Source: Gracilinanus agilis (taxonomy: Eukaryota). From it: a stretch of 64,000 bases of DNA. The position numbers and the translations under genes are program-made. The notes under the pieces are model-generated. The model ran no database searches. It had not been told where the DNA came from and worked only from the letters and a program-made list of their open reading frames with translations. Where the stretch lies: contig NC_058133.1 of NCBI RefSeq assembly GCF_016433145.1, forward strand, positions 516,757,031 through 516,821,030, given 5' to 3'. Below are positions 46,323 to 59,689 of the stretch, piece after piece (position 1 is the stretch's first letter; each line of letters starts with the position of its first letter).

Positions 46323-49300
46323 ACACTATCAAGACACGTCAAACTTAAATCGTGCCTCTCCCACTTCCTTGATATGGGACCTATGCTGGTTATTTCATTT
46401 CCCCTCTAGGAGTCTCTGTGTCCCTCATCTTTTCAGTAGGATAGAGGTCCTTGTAGTCCCCAATCAGAAGGGTTAGAGCACGGGCCCGTGAGAAAATGTC
46501 TCCAAAGCCCTTTGCAAACTTTAAAGCTCAATGGAAACATACGTCTTTGGGGAGTCGGGGCAGGGGGGGGGGGGTTCCTTTCTTTTTTTTTCTAGAAAGG
46601 AACTGAACAAAGTACCCAAACTAGACTTACTTGGGAAGTATTCAGACAGAGCACAGAGCCAACAAGGAAAGCAGCCTCCTGCTCTGGATCTGGAGACCTA
46701 GAAATCTGCCTTTATTGCATTTCTATCTTCTTTGCCGAGAAAACTCTAAATAGGGTCATGAAGAGTCAGACACGACTGAAACGACCGAAGTGAACTCTTA
46801 GTTACTGGGAGTGCTTCATTGAGTGGTTGGGGCATGCTCTAATTAACTTCTCTATGAAAGAAATGGAAATGAAGTGAAGGGACTGTCTGAATGACAAGTG
46901 CATCGTCATACTTATTTACCTCTTACATGAGGTCTTTCTTGATCCCCCAGATGCTAGCTAGCCTCATCACCCTGCACATTACCTAGTCAGGGGTGCTGTC
47001 TCTGGGGACCTGGCCAACTCCTAGAGATGTGTTCTGGCTTAACCTTGAAGGACTTGTGCTTTGGAATGACGAGCAATCTCTTCTTGACCCCATTGGCCCA
47101 TACGACATGGGTTTTCAGATTATGAAACTGTTCTTCTATTAAGTCTCAGAGCCCGCATGGGAGAGTGACAATTAAAAAGGTTTGGCCATTGAGCCTAAAA
47201 ACTAGTCCACTTAACAGAGTTTAAAAGAAGTGGCTCCATCCCATCCATCCCGCTCCCTATCTTTCTAGAGAACTCTGAGTTTTCTCTCAGATTCTTATTA
47301 GATGGGTGGGCTAGAATCTTGGTCCAATCTCTCTCTGGGCAGCAGTGGTGACTCTATGAATACATACTGGTCTAGACAACCTGGAGACTGGATCTCAAGA
47401 CTCTGGCTAACTCTTCACCTTTGTGTTTCTTTCCCTGAAGCTTGGATGAACAAATAGCAGTTCATGCCCAAAGAAAGTCAAAGACAGAAAGAAAAGTCCA
47501 ATCTATATCCAATTTGCATGGTGACACTGTTTTGGTAGAAAAGATCAAGAAACAAAGTTGATGCCTTTCCACTGGAGCAAGAGTTGTGGTGCATGGATGT
47601 AATGGAAAATTATCTGTAAGAAACAATGACCATAATGAATTCAGAAAAGCATCTACAGATGCAAAGTGAGTGGGACCCAGATTGTATCATTATTTTGACC
47701 AGGTCTGGCCTTGAACGATAAGTGAAAAAAAAGTCTTCTGTTCTTGCTTTGTGGGGATCATAGATTTAGAGTTGGAAGGGTCCTCAAAGGACATCTAATC
47801 AAACATTCCCCCTCCCACCTTTTTTAATTGATGAGTCCCATGGAGATGACACGACTTGCTCAAGGTAGAATAGGAAATACATGGGGGATCTGGAATCCAA
47901 ACCCAGTATTTTTTCTGCTGGGCTACAATGGCACTACTTTATGGAACACTGTATATACTCCCATCTCAGATGATGCATCTCCCAACTTATTACAAGGGTA
48001 CTAGGATCTGGCGTATGCACAAAGTATACCAGCAATCTTAGCTGAAGCAAATTCCCCAAGTGAGAGGGTCTAGAAAGCCTACTGTTAGAAGGATTGTGAT
48101 GATGGACAGTGGAGCTCGTATATGCATTCTGCAACTGGCTCTAGTAGGCTTGCCATGTGGTGGCTAAGAGGCTCTTTGACTATGGAGGCATTCATAAAGG
48201 ACTTGTGACCTGTGTTTTTGGCTTCTCTGTCTCAGTTTTTGACTTCTTTACTGATGGTGTCCATAAAAAGTCAATGCTGTCAGGGGAGAGGCATTAGGGC
48301 CTCTGAGTTCAATATATGACCTCTACATTTGTTTTACTCTTTTAGGTGAAGTGATTGGAGACTCTGGCCTTGTGAGTTCTGAATGGTGGGGAGACCAAGC
48401 ATCCTGGGCAGCCTGGTATCTCAGTTTTGCAGCCAGACCAGCATCGATGTCCCAAAGAACAAATAATTACCTTTGGCAGTGGTCCAGTCCAATCACAGCC
48501 AAGATAAAAATTCTTCTGGAAGTCATTCACATCTGGACAGGAACTTGATGGCACCAAGGATATGGAGAAACTGAGCTAGGTCTGAGCATGTCTCAGAGTC
48601 TCTAAGTCTAGAGGCCAAAGTGAAATGGAGAATCATGAACTTTCCAAGTATTGGGGGGAGACATTTGTAATTTTGTATGTGCTCAAATTAAACATCTCTT
48701 TATAAGAGCTGATTAATTTTAAGTAGTTGAATGGATCTGGGGTGCTAGTTATATACCTCACTGAAGGAAAGAACACAGCCAGTGCAGTCTTGTGAATAAT
48801 AGCAAAAAAGCACTCCTTCCCCAAAAAAATCCCTTAGGGTTCGCAAAAGAAGCCTTCCCTGGGTAACTGTCCTGGCTATGAGTGAGTGAGCTAGCATTAG
48901 CATTTAGTGGCTTTTGGGTAGAGAAGGTCAGAGGGATTTATGTGGAAATCAGCTAATCATTAAACATGTATTAGGTGCCTACTAAGCATCAGACATTGTG
49001 TTAGAGGCTGGAGAAGAGAAAAGAGAGAACATAGAAGAAAAGGAGGCTACCTGAAATAGTAGTCAAGGCAGAAGACTTGGAGCTAGGAGGCCCTGAGTTC
49101 AAATCTTGTCTCAGACACTGTCTAGCAGGATGGTGCTAGTCAAGCCTCAGTTTACTCATCTTTAAAATGAGAAAGTTGGAACAGATATTCTCTAAGGTTC
49201 CTTCCAGCTATAAATCTATTCTTTCATGATTCTATGGTGTTAGAGAAGGAGGAAATCCAAGATAAGCACCACTTCCATATAGTGCTTCGGGGTTGACAAA

Positions 49301-49489
49301 GCAGCTTACATGTCATCTCATTTGACCTTTAGTACAACTCTGTGAGGTAGGGGCTATTATTTTCCTAGTTTGACAAATGAACCCACTGAGACAAAAAAGG
49401 TAAGTGACATGTGCTGGTTTCCACACCTAGGAGGCCTTTGGGTGATGCCAAAGAGAATTGTACAAGACCTCAAAGTAGCAGGAAGCTGT

Positions 49490-49700
49490 CTATCCCACCC
49501 ATCCCTGGAAAAGCATCCCCACTCCAAGCCCTTCTCCATCACCACAGTCATCCAGACTTTTCTTAGAGATCCCTGGTGGGGGGAGACTCACTAAGCATTG
49601 AAGCAGTCCATTCCACTTGGAGACCTCTCAGTGTAGGGAAAGTTTTCCTGACATTGAGCCTAGTAACATGGTTATTATCAGCTTTATAGACACTTCTCCA
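49490..49700 (-). mobile_element. L3/CR1 3' fragment
   Basis: gcagtccattccacttggagacctctcagtgtagggaaagttttcctgacattgagcctag is antisense CR1 3' text. Confidence 0.6.
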
Positions 49701-50159
49701 AGGATTATTGATCATGGGAAGGAAACAAAGAATATCTAGGCCCACGCTCTTATTGTATAGGGTAGAGCATGGGGACAGGAGCATGGCAATGACTTACTCA
49801 GAGACACACAAGTAGTAAATGTCTCAGGATCTTAGTTTCCATATACTTGTAAAGTGGATTAATAATACCTGATGTGCTAACACTGAGACACAAAGGCTAA
49901 GGAAGTATGTTTATGAAATGCTTAAGATCTTGACAGAAAGGTACTCTAAATTGTTAGTAAATTATTCCTTTTAACTGAACTAGAAATGGTTTCCCAGTGA
50001 CTATTCTAAACTTGAACTCCTTCTTCAGGCTGCCTCCTCCAATCTCAGCCCCCCTACCCACACAGACACAGACACACACACACAGACACAGACACATGCA
50101 CATACCTTGCATATATGTGCAAACATACATATATGCACACATGCATACACACACTGATT

Positions 50160-50670
50160 AGGCTGCTCCTACTTCACTGAAAAGATGGAAGACATCCAGT
50201 GACATGTCCTTTAATTCCTTCCTTTCCTTCTTCAAATTTCTCAGTATCATCTTTGTTTCGTTCTCTTTATTTTCTTACTGTGGCTCATCCCTTGACTTTT
50301 CATCTCCTCCAGGACCCTACTGTCCCACCATCCCCTAACTACATCACCCAACTCTCCCTGCCCTTAATGGCTCCTTCCCATATGCCCCCACCCAACTTTT
50401 GATTTAATTCTATGCATACTTATTTTACATGCTCAGACTTTCCTACCACTAAGAAGGCTTGCTTTGACACTCCTACATTATTGAGCTATTGCCTCATTTC
50501 TCACCTGTCTGTCCTCTACTGTTCAACTGCTTGGAAAAGTTGTCTCCTCCTCCTGCCCCCAGCTCTTTACCATCCACTTACTTAACTCTCTAATAGCATT
50601 TGCTAAACCTGATATCCTATTCCTCAACTGAACTGTTTCTGAAGGTCACCAGTGACTTCCTGACATTCGA
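50160..50670 (+). mobile_element. L2 ORF2 fragment (further piece at ~51410-51780)
   Basis: cctacttcactgaaaagatggaagacatcc...aactgtttctgaaggtcaccagtgacttcctg. Confidence 0.6.
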
Positions 50671-52116
50671 CAGAAGTGGAAGCTCCCTGGGAGCTGAGCA
50701 GTATTTTGAGAGCTCAGATGAGTATGTGGGAGACAGTCAAAAGTATCACCACAGTGTCGTGTTAAGCATTATGAACTTCCAATCAAGACTGGGTTTGAAT
50801 CCTTCATATATCTCCAAATCGAGTGACCCAAGGCAAGCCATCTAACCACTTTGGGCCTCATTTTGTTGATTTGTAAAAGGAGAATGTTGGACTCATTGAC
50901 TTCAAGGCTTCATCTAGCTCTAAATCTGTGATCCAACTTGTTACTCGGTCCTTTTTTCAACACAACATTCAATCAGTGCTGCTATATGGCAGTGAAACAT
51001 GGAACTCCACTGCTTATGAAGAACCAGTGAGCATCATAAAGAGGAAAAGAAAAGAGACATGGTAGGTCCAAGCAATGAGGGAAGAACAGGCCTAAAGAAT
51101 GTCAACAAGTTATGATAAGAAGAGAAGGTAGAATGATCTCATGGCAAGAAGGAAGGGTGATGGGTGGGCAGCATTCAGAGTGCTTCACTGCTCTACTCTT
51201 GATGTATAAGGAAAATCAGAGAAAGTCTCCAAAATATTGAATGAACTCTGAAAGTAAATTTTGGGAAGGACAGAATCCAGAGTCAACTAGGACAGGCAGA
51301 CATGAATGGATTCGAATCTGAATTCTTGGAGAGAACACCCAAATGGATGAGATCAAATTTCTATCAGACTCCTTGACTAACAATATCCAAACCCAAGACT
51401 TTTCTCCCACTCCCAAATTTTAACCTCTTTGACCCTCTTATAATATTTAAGGCTCTTTTGCCTCTCACCCTCTTTCTATGGTTGGCCCTTCCTTCAGCTC
51501 AGAGATATAACATCCTTCATTTTTCTTCCCACCTCTCTCTGTTTCTTCAATAGCCTTGGCTGTCTCCTCTTGTGGGTTCCTTAATGCTAAAAGTCTACAA
51601 AGTTTTATCTTGAATTCTCATCTATTTTCTCTTAGCTCTCACTTCTCTGTTGGCCAGCTCATTCCCTTCAAAAGATTTAGCTTTTGCCTCCATGTAGTTC
51701 TTCACATTCCTCATCTCTCAATCTCCATACCTACATCTCCAATTATCTATGGGGAATCTCTACCTGAGTGTTCCATTAAATTCCATGGAGTATCATAGGA
51801 TCAAATATTTTGAGCTGGACAGAACCTTAGAGGGCCTATTCTGACCCCCTCATTTTATATATGAGGAAACTGAGGTTCAAAAAAGTGAAGTGACTTGGTC
51901 AAGGTGATATAGCCAATAAAAAATCCAGTCATGATTCGAACCTAAGGCCTCTAACTACAACCCTAGGTCCCTTTCTATGGATTCATATTATGTTCATGGG
52001 AAGTCATATATTTCTCTGCTCCTTCTAGTATAACAACCAGTTCAGTTTTCTGGGAGCTTTGTTCCATAGCTTCAGAGAAGAACATGAAAAAAATGACAGC
52101 AGCACTGTTTCAACCC

Positions 52117-52800
52117 AAACTCCTTGGCATAGAAGATCAGAGGAATGGCAGTAATAACATTAAAAATCTGCTGTGGGTCACCAGTGCATGAAGTCAGCCA
52201 TAATATGTTGGCAGAGAAGATTCAAACATATGACCGAGTTTGTGGAAATGAGGGAGTGTGTGATGGTAACCCAGGACCAGGTGGCCACAGACAAATGTTT
52301 AGGAGAGTTTTCTTAAGGAAATCAGACTTAGTGTTTTCTGAAAGTATTAGAAATTGTGCAACATATCCCAGAAGGCTGTAACAATCTGCCAAACACCTAG
52401 TGACTCCAAACCTAATGGCTAGAATCATACATCGGGACCATTTCGTGGAACATTCGATGGTAACTTCCTGTACTCCAAATATGGACCTCAGAATATCCTG
52501 GGAACCCCAACTACCAAACTGAGGTAGACCCAAACCCATCACAGACCCAAATGGTGCCCGTAATTGCCCAGAGAGAACAGTGATTCCTGAAAGAGAGCAG
52601 TTTAAATGGGTGTCACTCATCCTCTATGCTCAGTTAACCAGCTGCATAGAATGGGAAGTCCAAAAAATACACTTGGGTGCTGAGGAGGTCAAAGTCAGGT
52701 GAATACAGGAGGTTAACTCCATTGTAATGTCTGCATGGGAGTCCCAAAGTTACATTCAATGAGTGGGCAAATAGTAAGTTGATATCCCAATACTTTAATT
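52117..52800 (-). pseudogene. Degraded single-exon class A GPCR, GPR55/GPR35-like
   Basis: Minus-strand translation gives FDLL...FPF (TM2-like) and HPFKLLSFRNHCSLWAITGTIWVCDGFGS. The latter aligns without gaps to recalled GPR55 YPLLVSHLRSPRKIFGICCTIWVLVWTGS (P, R, I, TIWV and GS identical). FHEM is followed 17 codons later by *VFGRLL, matching recalled FHNM...EVFGFLL at the same spacing. The C-terminal AI...AKEF resembles GPR35 AICYYYMAKEF. Multiple stops, frameshifts and deletions. Confidence 0.6.
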
Positions 52801-53279
52801 AATTGCCCAAAGCCATCACTTTGTCTATCTATGAGACACAGTCTACAGGACATGAAACACAAAAGAAGGGTTGCAGGATAATGACTGGTTCCAGGACACT
52901 CTCAATTTGATTCCATTGGGGAAAAAGGAGAATATAATAACTGACATTGCTATAATAATAATAGCTAACATTTACATCTGCCTTACGATGTGCCAGGAGC
53001 TGTGTTATAATTATTTCACTGGATCTGCACAAGTCTGTGAATGATTATTATCTCCATTTTATACATAAGGAAACTGAGGCTCAGAAAGGTTAGATGAGTT
53101 GCTCAGGTTCAGACAACTAGTGTAAGTATCTGAGGCAGGACTCTAAATAAAGCCTTCCAAGAATGTTTGGTCATTGACTTTGTCTCCCCGGTTCCTGGAA
53201 AACATCAACAAATCTGGTTGAATTGATTTGATCTGAACCCAGCTCTTCCCAATTCCAAAGGTTGAGCACTCAGTCAAAA

Positions 53280-54890
53280 ACTATAAGAGAATATTCATAA
53301 AGCCCAAACTCCAAAATAAAATCATAAATAAACTAATGTGAAAGATAGAAGATCTTTGATCTTCATTTGACTCCCACAATTCTTTCTCTGGAAATGGATA
53401 ACATTCTTTGTCATAAGTCCCTTATAATTGCCCCAGATTGTTGTTCTACTGAGAGTAGCTAAGTCTTTCACAGTTGTTCATCATACAATATTGCTATTCC
53501 TGTGTACAATGTTCTCCTGGCTCTGCTTTTTTCACTCTGCATCAGTTCAAATAGGTCTTTCCAGCTTTTTCTGAAATCATCCTTCTTGCCATTTCTTATA
53601 GCACAACAGTAATCCATCACCATCATAAGCCACAATTTGTTCAACCATTTCCCAATTGATGGACATTCCTTCAATTTCCAATTCTTTGCCACCACAAAAA
53701 AGAACTGCTATAAATATTTTTGTACACGTAATTCCTTTCCCCTTTTTTATGATCTTTTTGGTATACAGACCCAGTTGTGGTATTTCTGGATTCAAAGGGT
53801 ATGCACAATTTTATAGTCCTTTGGGCATGGTTCCGGATTGCCTTCCAGAATGGCTGGATCAGTTCATAACTCCATCAACAATGCATCAGTGTCCCAATCT
53901 TGTCCCATCCCCTCCAACATTTATCACTTTCTTTTAGTGTCATATTGGCCAATCTGATAGGTGTTGCATGGTTCCTCGGCATTGTTTTAATTAGTATTCT
54001 CTAATCAAGAGGGACTTCTAATCAAGAACATTTTTTCCTATGATTATTGATGGCTTTGATTTCTTCATCTGAAAATTTCTTGTTCTTATCCTTTGACCAC
54101 CGTCAATTGGGAAATGGCTGGTATTCTTATAAATTTTACTTAATTCTCTAAAAATGTGGGAAATGAGACCTTTTTCAGAGACACTTGCTACACTTTTTCT
54201 CCAGCTTGTTTCCCTTCTAATCTTGGTTATATTACTTTTGTTTGTCCAAACAAACAAAATTTAATATATACTAATTTAATATAATCAAAATTATTCATGT
54301 TATATTTTAAATCCTCTCTTTCTTTTGTTTGGTCATAAATTCTTCCTTTCTCCTTAACGACAGGTAAACTATTCTCTGTTCCTCTAATTATGGTATCACT
54401 CTTTATATCTAAATCATATATCCTTTCTGAATGTATCTTAGTATAGGACCGTGTTGGCAGGGGCTGCTCCCTTCCTCCCCTCCACACATGCCTGAGGACA
54501 TTTCTCCCATCACCCTCCCCTCTGCCCCAGAGCCCAATGGGAGCCCTTCCTCCCTCCCCAGACTGGGGTAAGACAGGGGGCTCCTATGCAGCGTGAGGGT
54601 AGTAGTTTGGGCATTTGGTCTCTAAAAGGTTCACCATCACTGGCGTAAGGTATGAGATACTGGTCTATACCTCCTTTCTGCCACACTGTTTTCTAATTTT
54701 CCCAGTAGTTTTTTTCAAATAGTGATTTCTTATCCCCAAAGCTGGGATCTTTGGGTTTACCAAACACTAGATTGCTTAAGTCATTTACCCCTAATCTATT
54801 CCATTGAGCCACCATTCTATTTCTTTGCCAGGACCAGATTGTTTTGATGATTATTGCTTTGTAGTACAGTTTGAGATCTGGTAATGGTAG
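53280..54890 (-). mobile_element. Old L1 (ORF2 3' part plus 3' UTR), interrupted by a hAT MITE
   Basis: Minus-strand ORFs MVAKNWKLKECPSIGKWLNKLW, NPEIPQLGLYTKK and KGLISHIFRELSKIYKNTSHFPID. Confidence 0.9.
54449..54642 (-). mobile_element. Non-autonomous hAT/Charlie DNA transposon (OposCharlie-like MITE, internally deleted)
   Basis: Minus-strand end cagtgatggtgaaccttttagagaccaaatgcccaaac; the other end ccgtgttggc is a partial TIR. The 8-bp flanks gtaTAgga and gcgTAagg share the central TA typical of Charlie targets but are otherwise diverged. Confidence 0.7.
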
Positions 54891-54931
54891 TCCCAGAATA
54901 ACATTTCTTATCCTTAAAAACCCATGCCTTT

Positions 54932-55270
54932 GGGGGGCAGCTAGGTGGCTCAGTGAATAGAGAGCCAGGCCTGGAGACAGGAGGTCCTGGGGTTTGCCTC
55001 AGAACCTTTCTAGCTGGGTGACCCTGGGCAAGTCATTTCACATCCCATTGCCTAGCTCTTACCACCAATACAAACTATTGATTCTATATCCAATAATAGT
55101 TAGGAGGGCAACTTGGTCTAGAGATGGGAGGTTCTGGGATCAAATCTAGCCTCAGGCACTTTCTAGCTGTGTCACCTGGGACAAATCACTTCACCCCAGG
55201 TGCCTCGCCTATACCACTCTTCTGCCTTGAAACAGAAACATGGCGTTCGTTCTAAGATGGAATTTTTTTT
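54932..55270 (+). mobile_element. Two adjacent diverged SINE1_Mdo-like SINEs (~54932-55085 and ~55103-55270)
   Basis: Two heads/cores: ggggcagctaggtggctcagtg and gtctagagatgggaggttctgggatcaaatc. Confidence 0.8.
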
Positions 55271-58200
55271 AATGCCATTAAATAAACGCAGCTTCTCCCC
55301 GTCTCAGCATGGTACCTCCGACTCTCCTCTCTCTTACCCATCTGTAGTCTGGCTCTAATTCTAGCTGCTTTTTATTCATCTGGTTCTAGAAAATGCTCTG
55401 CCGTGAATAAACCTGGATTTCAATCATTTCTGCGCCTTGTCCGTATGGCTGCCCTTCTCTCTCTCACAAAAGCTCTGATTGAATTGCTGGCAGGAAAGGG
55501 AAAGAAGCCGGGAGGGTTTATGAGCTGTTGCTTTGCTCATCACACAATTTCTGTCTTACCATGGAGCAGGCATTCAATTGAATTGGGCACGTCGTGCCCA
55601 TTATGTGCCAGGCTCTGTGCTAGGCACTGGGGTACAAAGACAAAATTGAAAACATTTCCTGTCCTCAAGGATGGGGTGGACCAGAGAGCCGCTAAAGCCC
55701 TGCTCTTCTCTGATCCTGCAGGGTCTGCTGGACAGGCGACGCTGAGAAAACTCGACCTTAAAAATTCAATAACAGATTTCTAGAATACAATCTGTGTCTT
55801 CCAGGCACAACATAGCGCGCTTGCATTAAAAAAAAAGTCCTCTGTAGAAGGATATAAACATCCTGGGGGGCTCGAGGCAGAGATGCTTGTCCTCAGCTGG
55901 GACAGCAAACACTTCCTGAATCCATTCACCACCACTAAACAGTTGTAAACATTTTCCCCAGATTTTTTATTATAACTTCAATGTACGAACCGTGACTAGA
56001 ATATGAAAAATAGGAAACAATTACTGTCAGAAATGGAAACCTCCTCCAATTCTCCGTCCTCGACGGGGGCCTCAAACCCTCCTGGAGAGCCTGCTTCAGT
56101 GAGCACGCCTGGGAGTGGGAGACCAAAAATAGGAGCGTGGAATAATTGCCTGTTTCAAACTCCTGTCAAAAGAAGGGGTCTTTCCTCCTGCCCCTGTGGC
56201 CCACCGAGCCCAGAGCCTTTCTCCACTAGACGCCCCCTTGAGCCCGAGGGACAAAGGCATCTGAGGCTCTTCCCTTCTCTCCGAGAGACTGCTCAAAGGC
56301 GATTTGGGGAGGGAACCATCTCGTCCCCAGCCAAGCGGCCCCACTTGCTGGTTCTCTCTGGGGTCTGGACCAACACGCAAGTTCCACGTCCCTTTTAGAG
56401 CCCCAAAGGGCAGTCCTGTAGACTGTGGTCTATAAAGAGAAGTGACGAAGACCTCAATAAGGATGTGTATGGCTGAAGAAGATGGCAGAGCAGCTCACGG
56501 GGCGCCATGATGAAGCAGAAAGGATCTCGGGTTCGGAGTGACAGTTTGGATCCCGTCTTTGCCACGTGTTAACCGCACAACTTTGATCAAGGCATTTCTC
56601 GGGGTGGACCTCAGTTTCCTCCATAAAACAAGGGAGTTGGACTGGATGATATTCAAGGTCCCTTCCAGGCCTCTGATTCTTGAATCAAACAAGTCAATCC
56701 TTTGGACTTTAAATCATTTTTAATGCTTTACCCATTGATATACAAAATGAAAATTAATTTGGGGCTGTTGAGTTCATTTTCGTTTTGGTATCCCAAGAGC
56801 CTAGTACAGTGCTGGACATATAAAGTTGGTCCTTAAGAAAGAATTTGGAGTAGAACGGATCGGCGTGCAGAGAACCCTGGAAAGTCATTGTCTTTTTCAC
56901 CTCATGGGACCCGTGGATGGGTTGGATGGGTTTACCTGGCCATGGAGCACATGCAAATATTGCACTGAACAGAAGGATCAGAGAAAGGGGACTGAAAAAA
57001 ACTGTTAACAGTTTTGAGAGCTCTTCTGATTGAGGGGACCCAACTGGTTCAGGGGGACCCAGATGGACGGACAACATGAGGGCATTCCACCAAGCCTGGC
57101 GGCTCCTCCTCCTACTACCCCTTCTTAGGGAACCCCAAAGGGTTCAGACTTCCTGACCAGCCCTGTGTTCCTGTGCGGAGATTGCCCGTAGGTCCATTTG
57201 TAGCCCAAGGCCATGCCGGATACATCTGTTTATTCCTCTTGGCTGGATCAAAGCAAGAAGAGACTGCCCAGATTTCATTTCAAGGAAGGGGAGGGTGGGG
57301 GGCACAAAGAGCCCAGAGTTGGCTCTGCCAGCGGCACCTGCCAAGGAGAAGAAGAGCGGGAGGGGGCTCCGATCACTTCCTGACCGTCCCCTTCCTCTCT
57401 CCCTCTCTCTCCTCTCCTTCTCGCCTGCCCCCCTCCACCTCTAATGGCTCTTTGTGGTAACTGCTCACAGATGATCTTTTCAGAATGATTCATTCCCGGC
57501 AGCTTCTCCCCTAGGGTTTGGCAAGAGTCACGAGCTGCCGGACTTCTAATACCAGTGTTCCAGGATGCTGGCCAGGCCAAAGCAGCGGGGTGGGGGAGGC
57601 CACCCGTGGCCTGGCTCGCCGCAGAGACTTCAAGGCCTTTCTCAGCAATGGATTGCTGTCCATTGCTGCCAACTTCCGGCCACTTAAGGAGGATGGAGAT
57701 TGGTTAGAAGGAAAACATTTCCACTGTGACTGACCTGCCGGTTGGGTTTTTTTTTAATGCTTCCAGCTAATAGCTAATAGTTCACCTTGGGTCATGAGGG
57801 TGCTCCCCCCTTCTCGTTAGGGAACAGACTATAGATGGGATATTCGGGAAATTAAATTGTATTTTAATATGTGGAGAACGTTCAGTCTGGAGGTCTCACC
57901 TCTTCAGACAAATCAATGTCCCAGGAGAGTCCACCGCTGGAGGCATTCACTAAAGGAGGACCTGGAATCTCTGATCCGGGCTCCTGAAAGGCCTTTGGCG
58001 ACCGAGAGAGAGACAGCACCTTGTTGGAGACTCGGATTTCCAGGCCACTGAGGACATTCCAACCCAGCTCTTCTTTTGGGATTTCCCATTTTCCATAACT
58101 GACCTTGCAGCCTATCACATGCCCTGCATTTCCCATCCTTCTCTGGTCCAGTCCAAAGGACTTTCTTGCTGCTCTTCTCATGGGAGGTTCGATCTCTTCC

Positions 58201-58394
58201 TGTGAGCCTTTGCACATGCGGTTCCCCTGTCTGGAAGGTCTTCTTTTCTTCTATCCCCTTTTCTTCTTCTTCTTCCAGTCTCTCGTGCCTTTAGGGGCTC
58301 ACCTCTTGCTTTTCATGATTCCCCCGGCTTCCAGGGAATCTCCAGAAAAACGACCTCGTATCTCTTTTGTATATCATCAGCTGAAAACATTTTC

Positions 58395-58520
58395 TCCTTC
58401 GATAGAAGGGAAGTTCCTTGAGGGCAGGGAAAAGTTTCCTTCTTGTCTTTGCATCCCCAGCGCCAGGCACAGTGCCCAGCCCCTAGGAGATGCTTGATAA
58501 ATGCTTCATAATCGACTGAT
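58395..58520 (+). mobile_element. L2 3' end fragment
   Basis: aagttccttgagggcagggaaaag...tttgcatccccagcgccaggcacagtgccc. Confidence 0.65.
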
Positions 58521-59689
58521 TGATTGATTGATTCTTGACTCTAAGCCCAGGGCTGCCTCTCAACTGCCAGCCATTAGTAGTTGGAGGTGTACCTTGAACA
58601 CTGCATACAATCCCTTTACTCAATTCTGCTTGCATGATGGGGGTAGGACTGGGGGGTATTTTGGAACTCATCCCCAGTGCCTCAGCTGATTAATGGGGCA
58701 TCTCAAAGGTGGGCATCACGAGAGACCGTGCATGTGCAGGTAATGTCCTTGATAAGCCCTGGCTCTCCTCAAACCACGTGGCACCGGTTGTCACCGAGGA
58801 AGACGGGAGTGGGGCGGGGGCAAGGGAGGATTACAGTGGCCCTGCTGTCTCCTATTCACAGGATAGAGAGGAAGAACATATGGGCCACAGTCCCTAATTA
58901 CCCTGACTGTTTCCTCTTGCTGGGGATGCCAAGGGACTTGTCCCCTGCTCTCTCGGCCAAAAATTCCAGTAGCTTGGCACGCACGAGTCACTGGTTTTCT
59001 ACCTGCTTGGCCAAATCCTTTTCCAGGCCCTTGGACCCACATCAGAAACCACGTATGTGGAGTCAGAAAAGCATTAACCATGTCTGATGGGTCTATAACA
59101 TGCCAGACCCCTCTTGAGCCTGGTTTTCTTCTTTATGCTTCATTTGCATGTGGCATTCTAGCTCCAAAGAGCAGATCCTGCCCTCCCTGCATCGTGACTG
59201 TCACCGGCCATGGAGAGGCGTCTGCCCATCATCTTGAGCTCGCTGGCTCTGAGATTGCCGGGACTGATGCCCTAACTCGGGCATGGAGAACCCCAGAGCC
59301 ATCCAATCGTCCAGACTTCACTTCTCAGCAGATGACAAAGGCATGGCGTGGATTCAGAGCACCGTGGTAGACGCTAGTCATGCCCCTCATTAGCATCTTT
59401 GTTTTCCTTTTAGCAGGCCTGGGGTTGGACGCCAATGGACCCACATGGAGCCCAAGCTTGCTGCTTGAAATGCTTTGATAACTCTCATTAATATCATCCG
59501 TTTTCTACACATTCCTACATATTGTACATATTTAGTTATTTTCGAGAAGTCCAGAGGCTTCGCCAGACTGACCAAAAAGAATCCTGAAGAGGCCGAGAAC
59601 CCCTGATCCAGCTAGAGGAAGAACGTCCGGTCAGAGCCAGAACAGGGAAGTGCTGGGGGCTCTCTCTTGGCCCCAGACTCTGCCCAATG

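Noticed and set aside
48346-48557. Possible exon after the acceptor-like tttgttttactcttttag, plus overlapping 65-71 aa ORFs
   Set aside because: No recognisable protein in any frame and no partner exons.
52145-52620. Reading this region as a CR1 fragment (VSHNMLAEK) or a COX1 NUMT (IMADFMHW)
   Set aside because: Each rests on one short motif with no collinear support, whereas several GPCR motifs occur in order with correct spacing.
56220-56245. CTCF-like motif (minus strand gctcaagggggcgt)
   Set aside because: Several mismatches in the core; cannot be supported without ChIP or PWM scoring.
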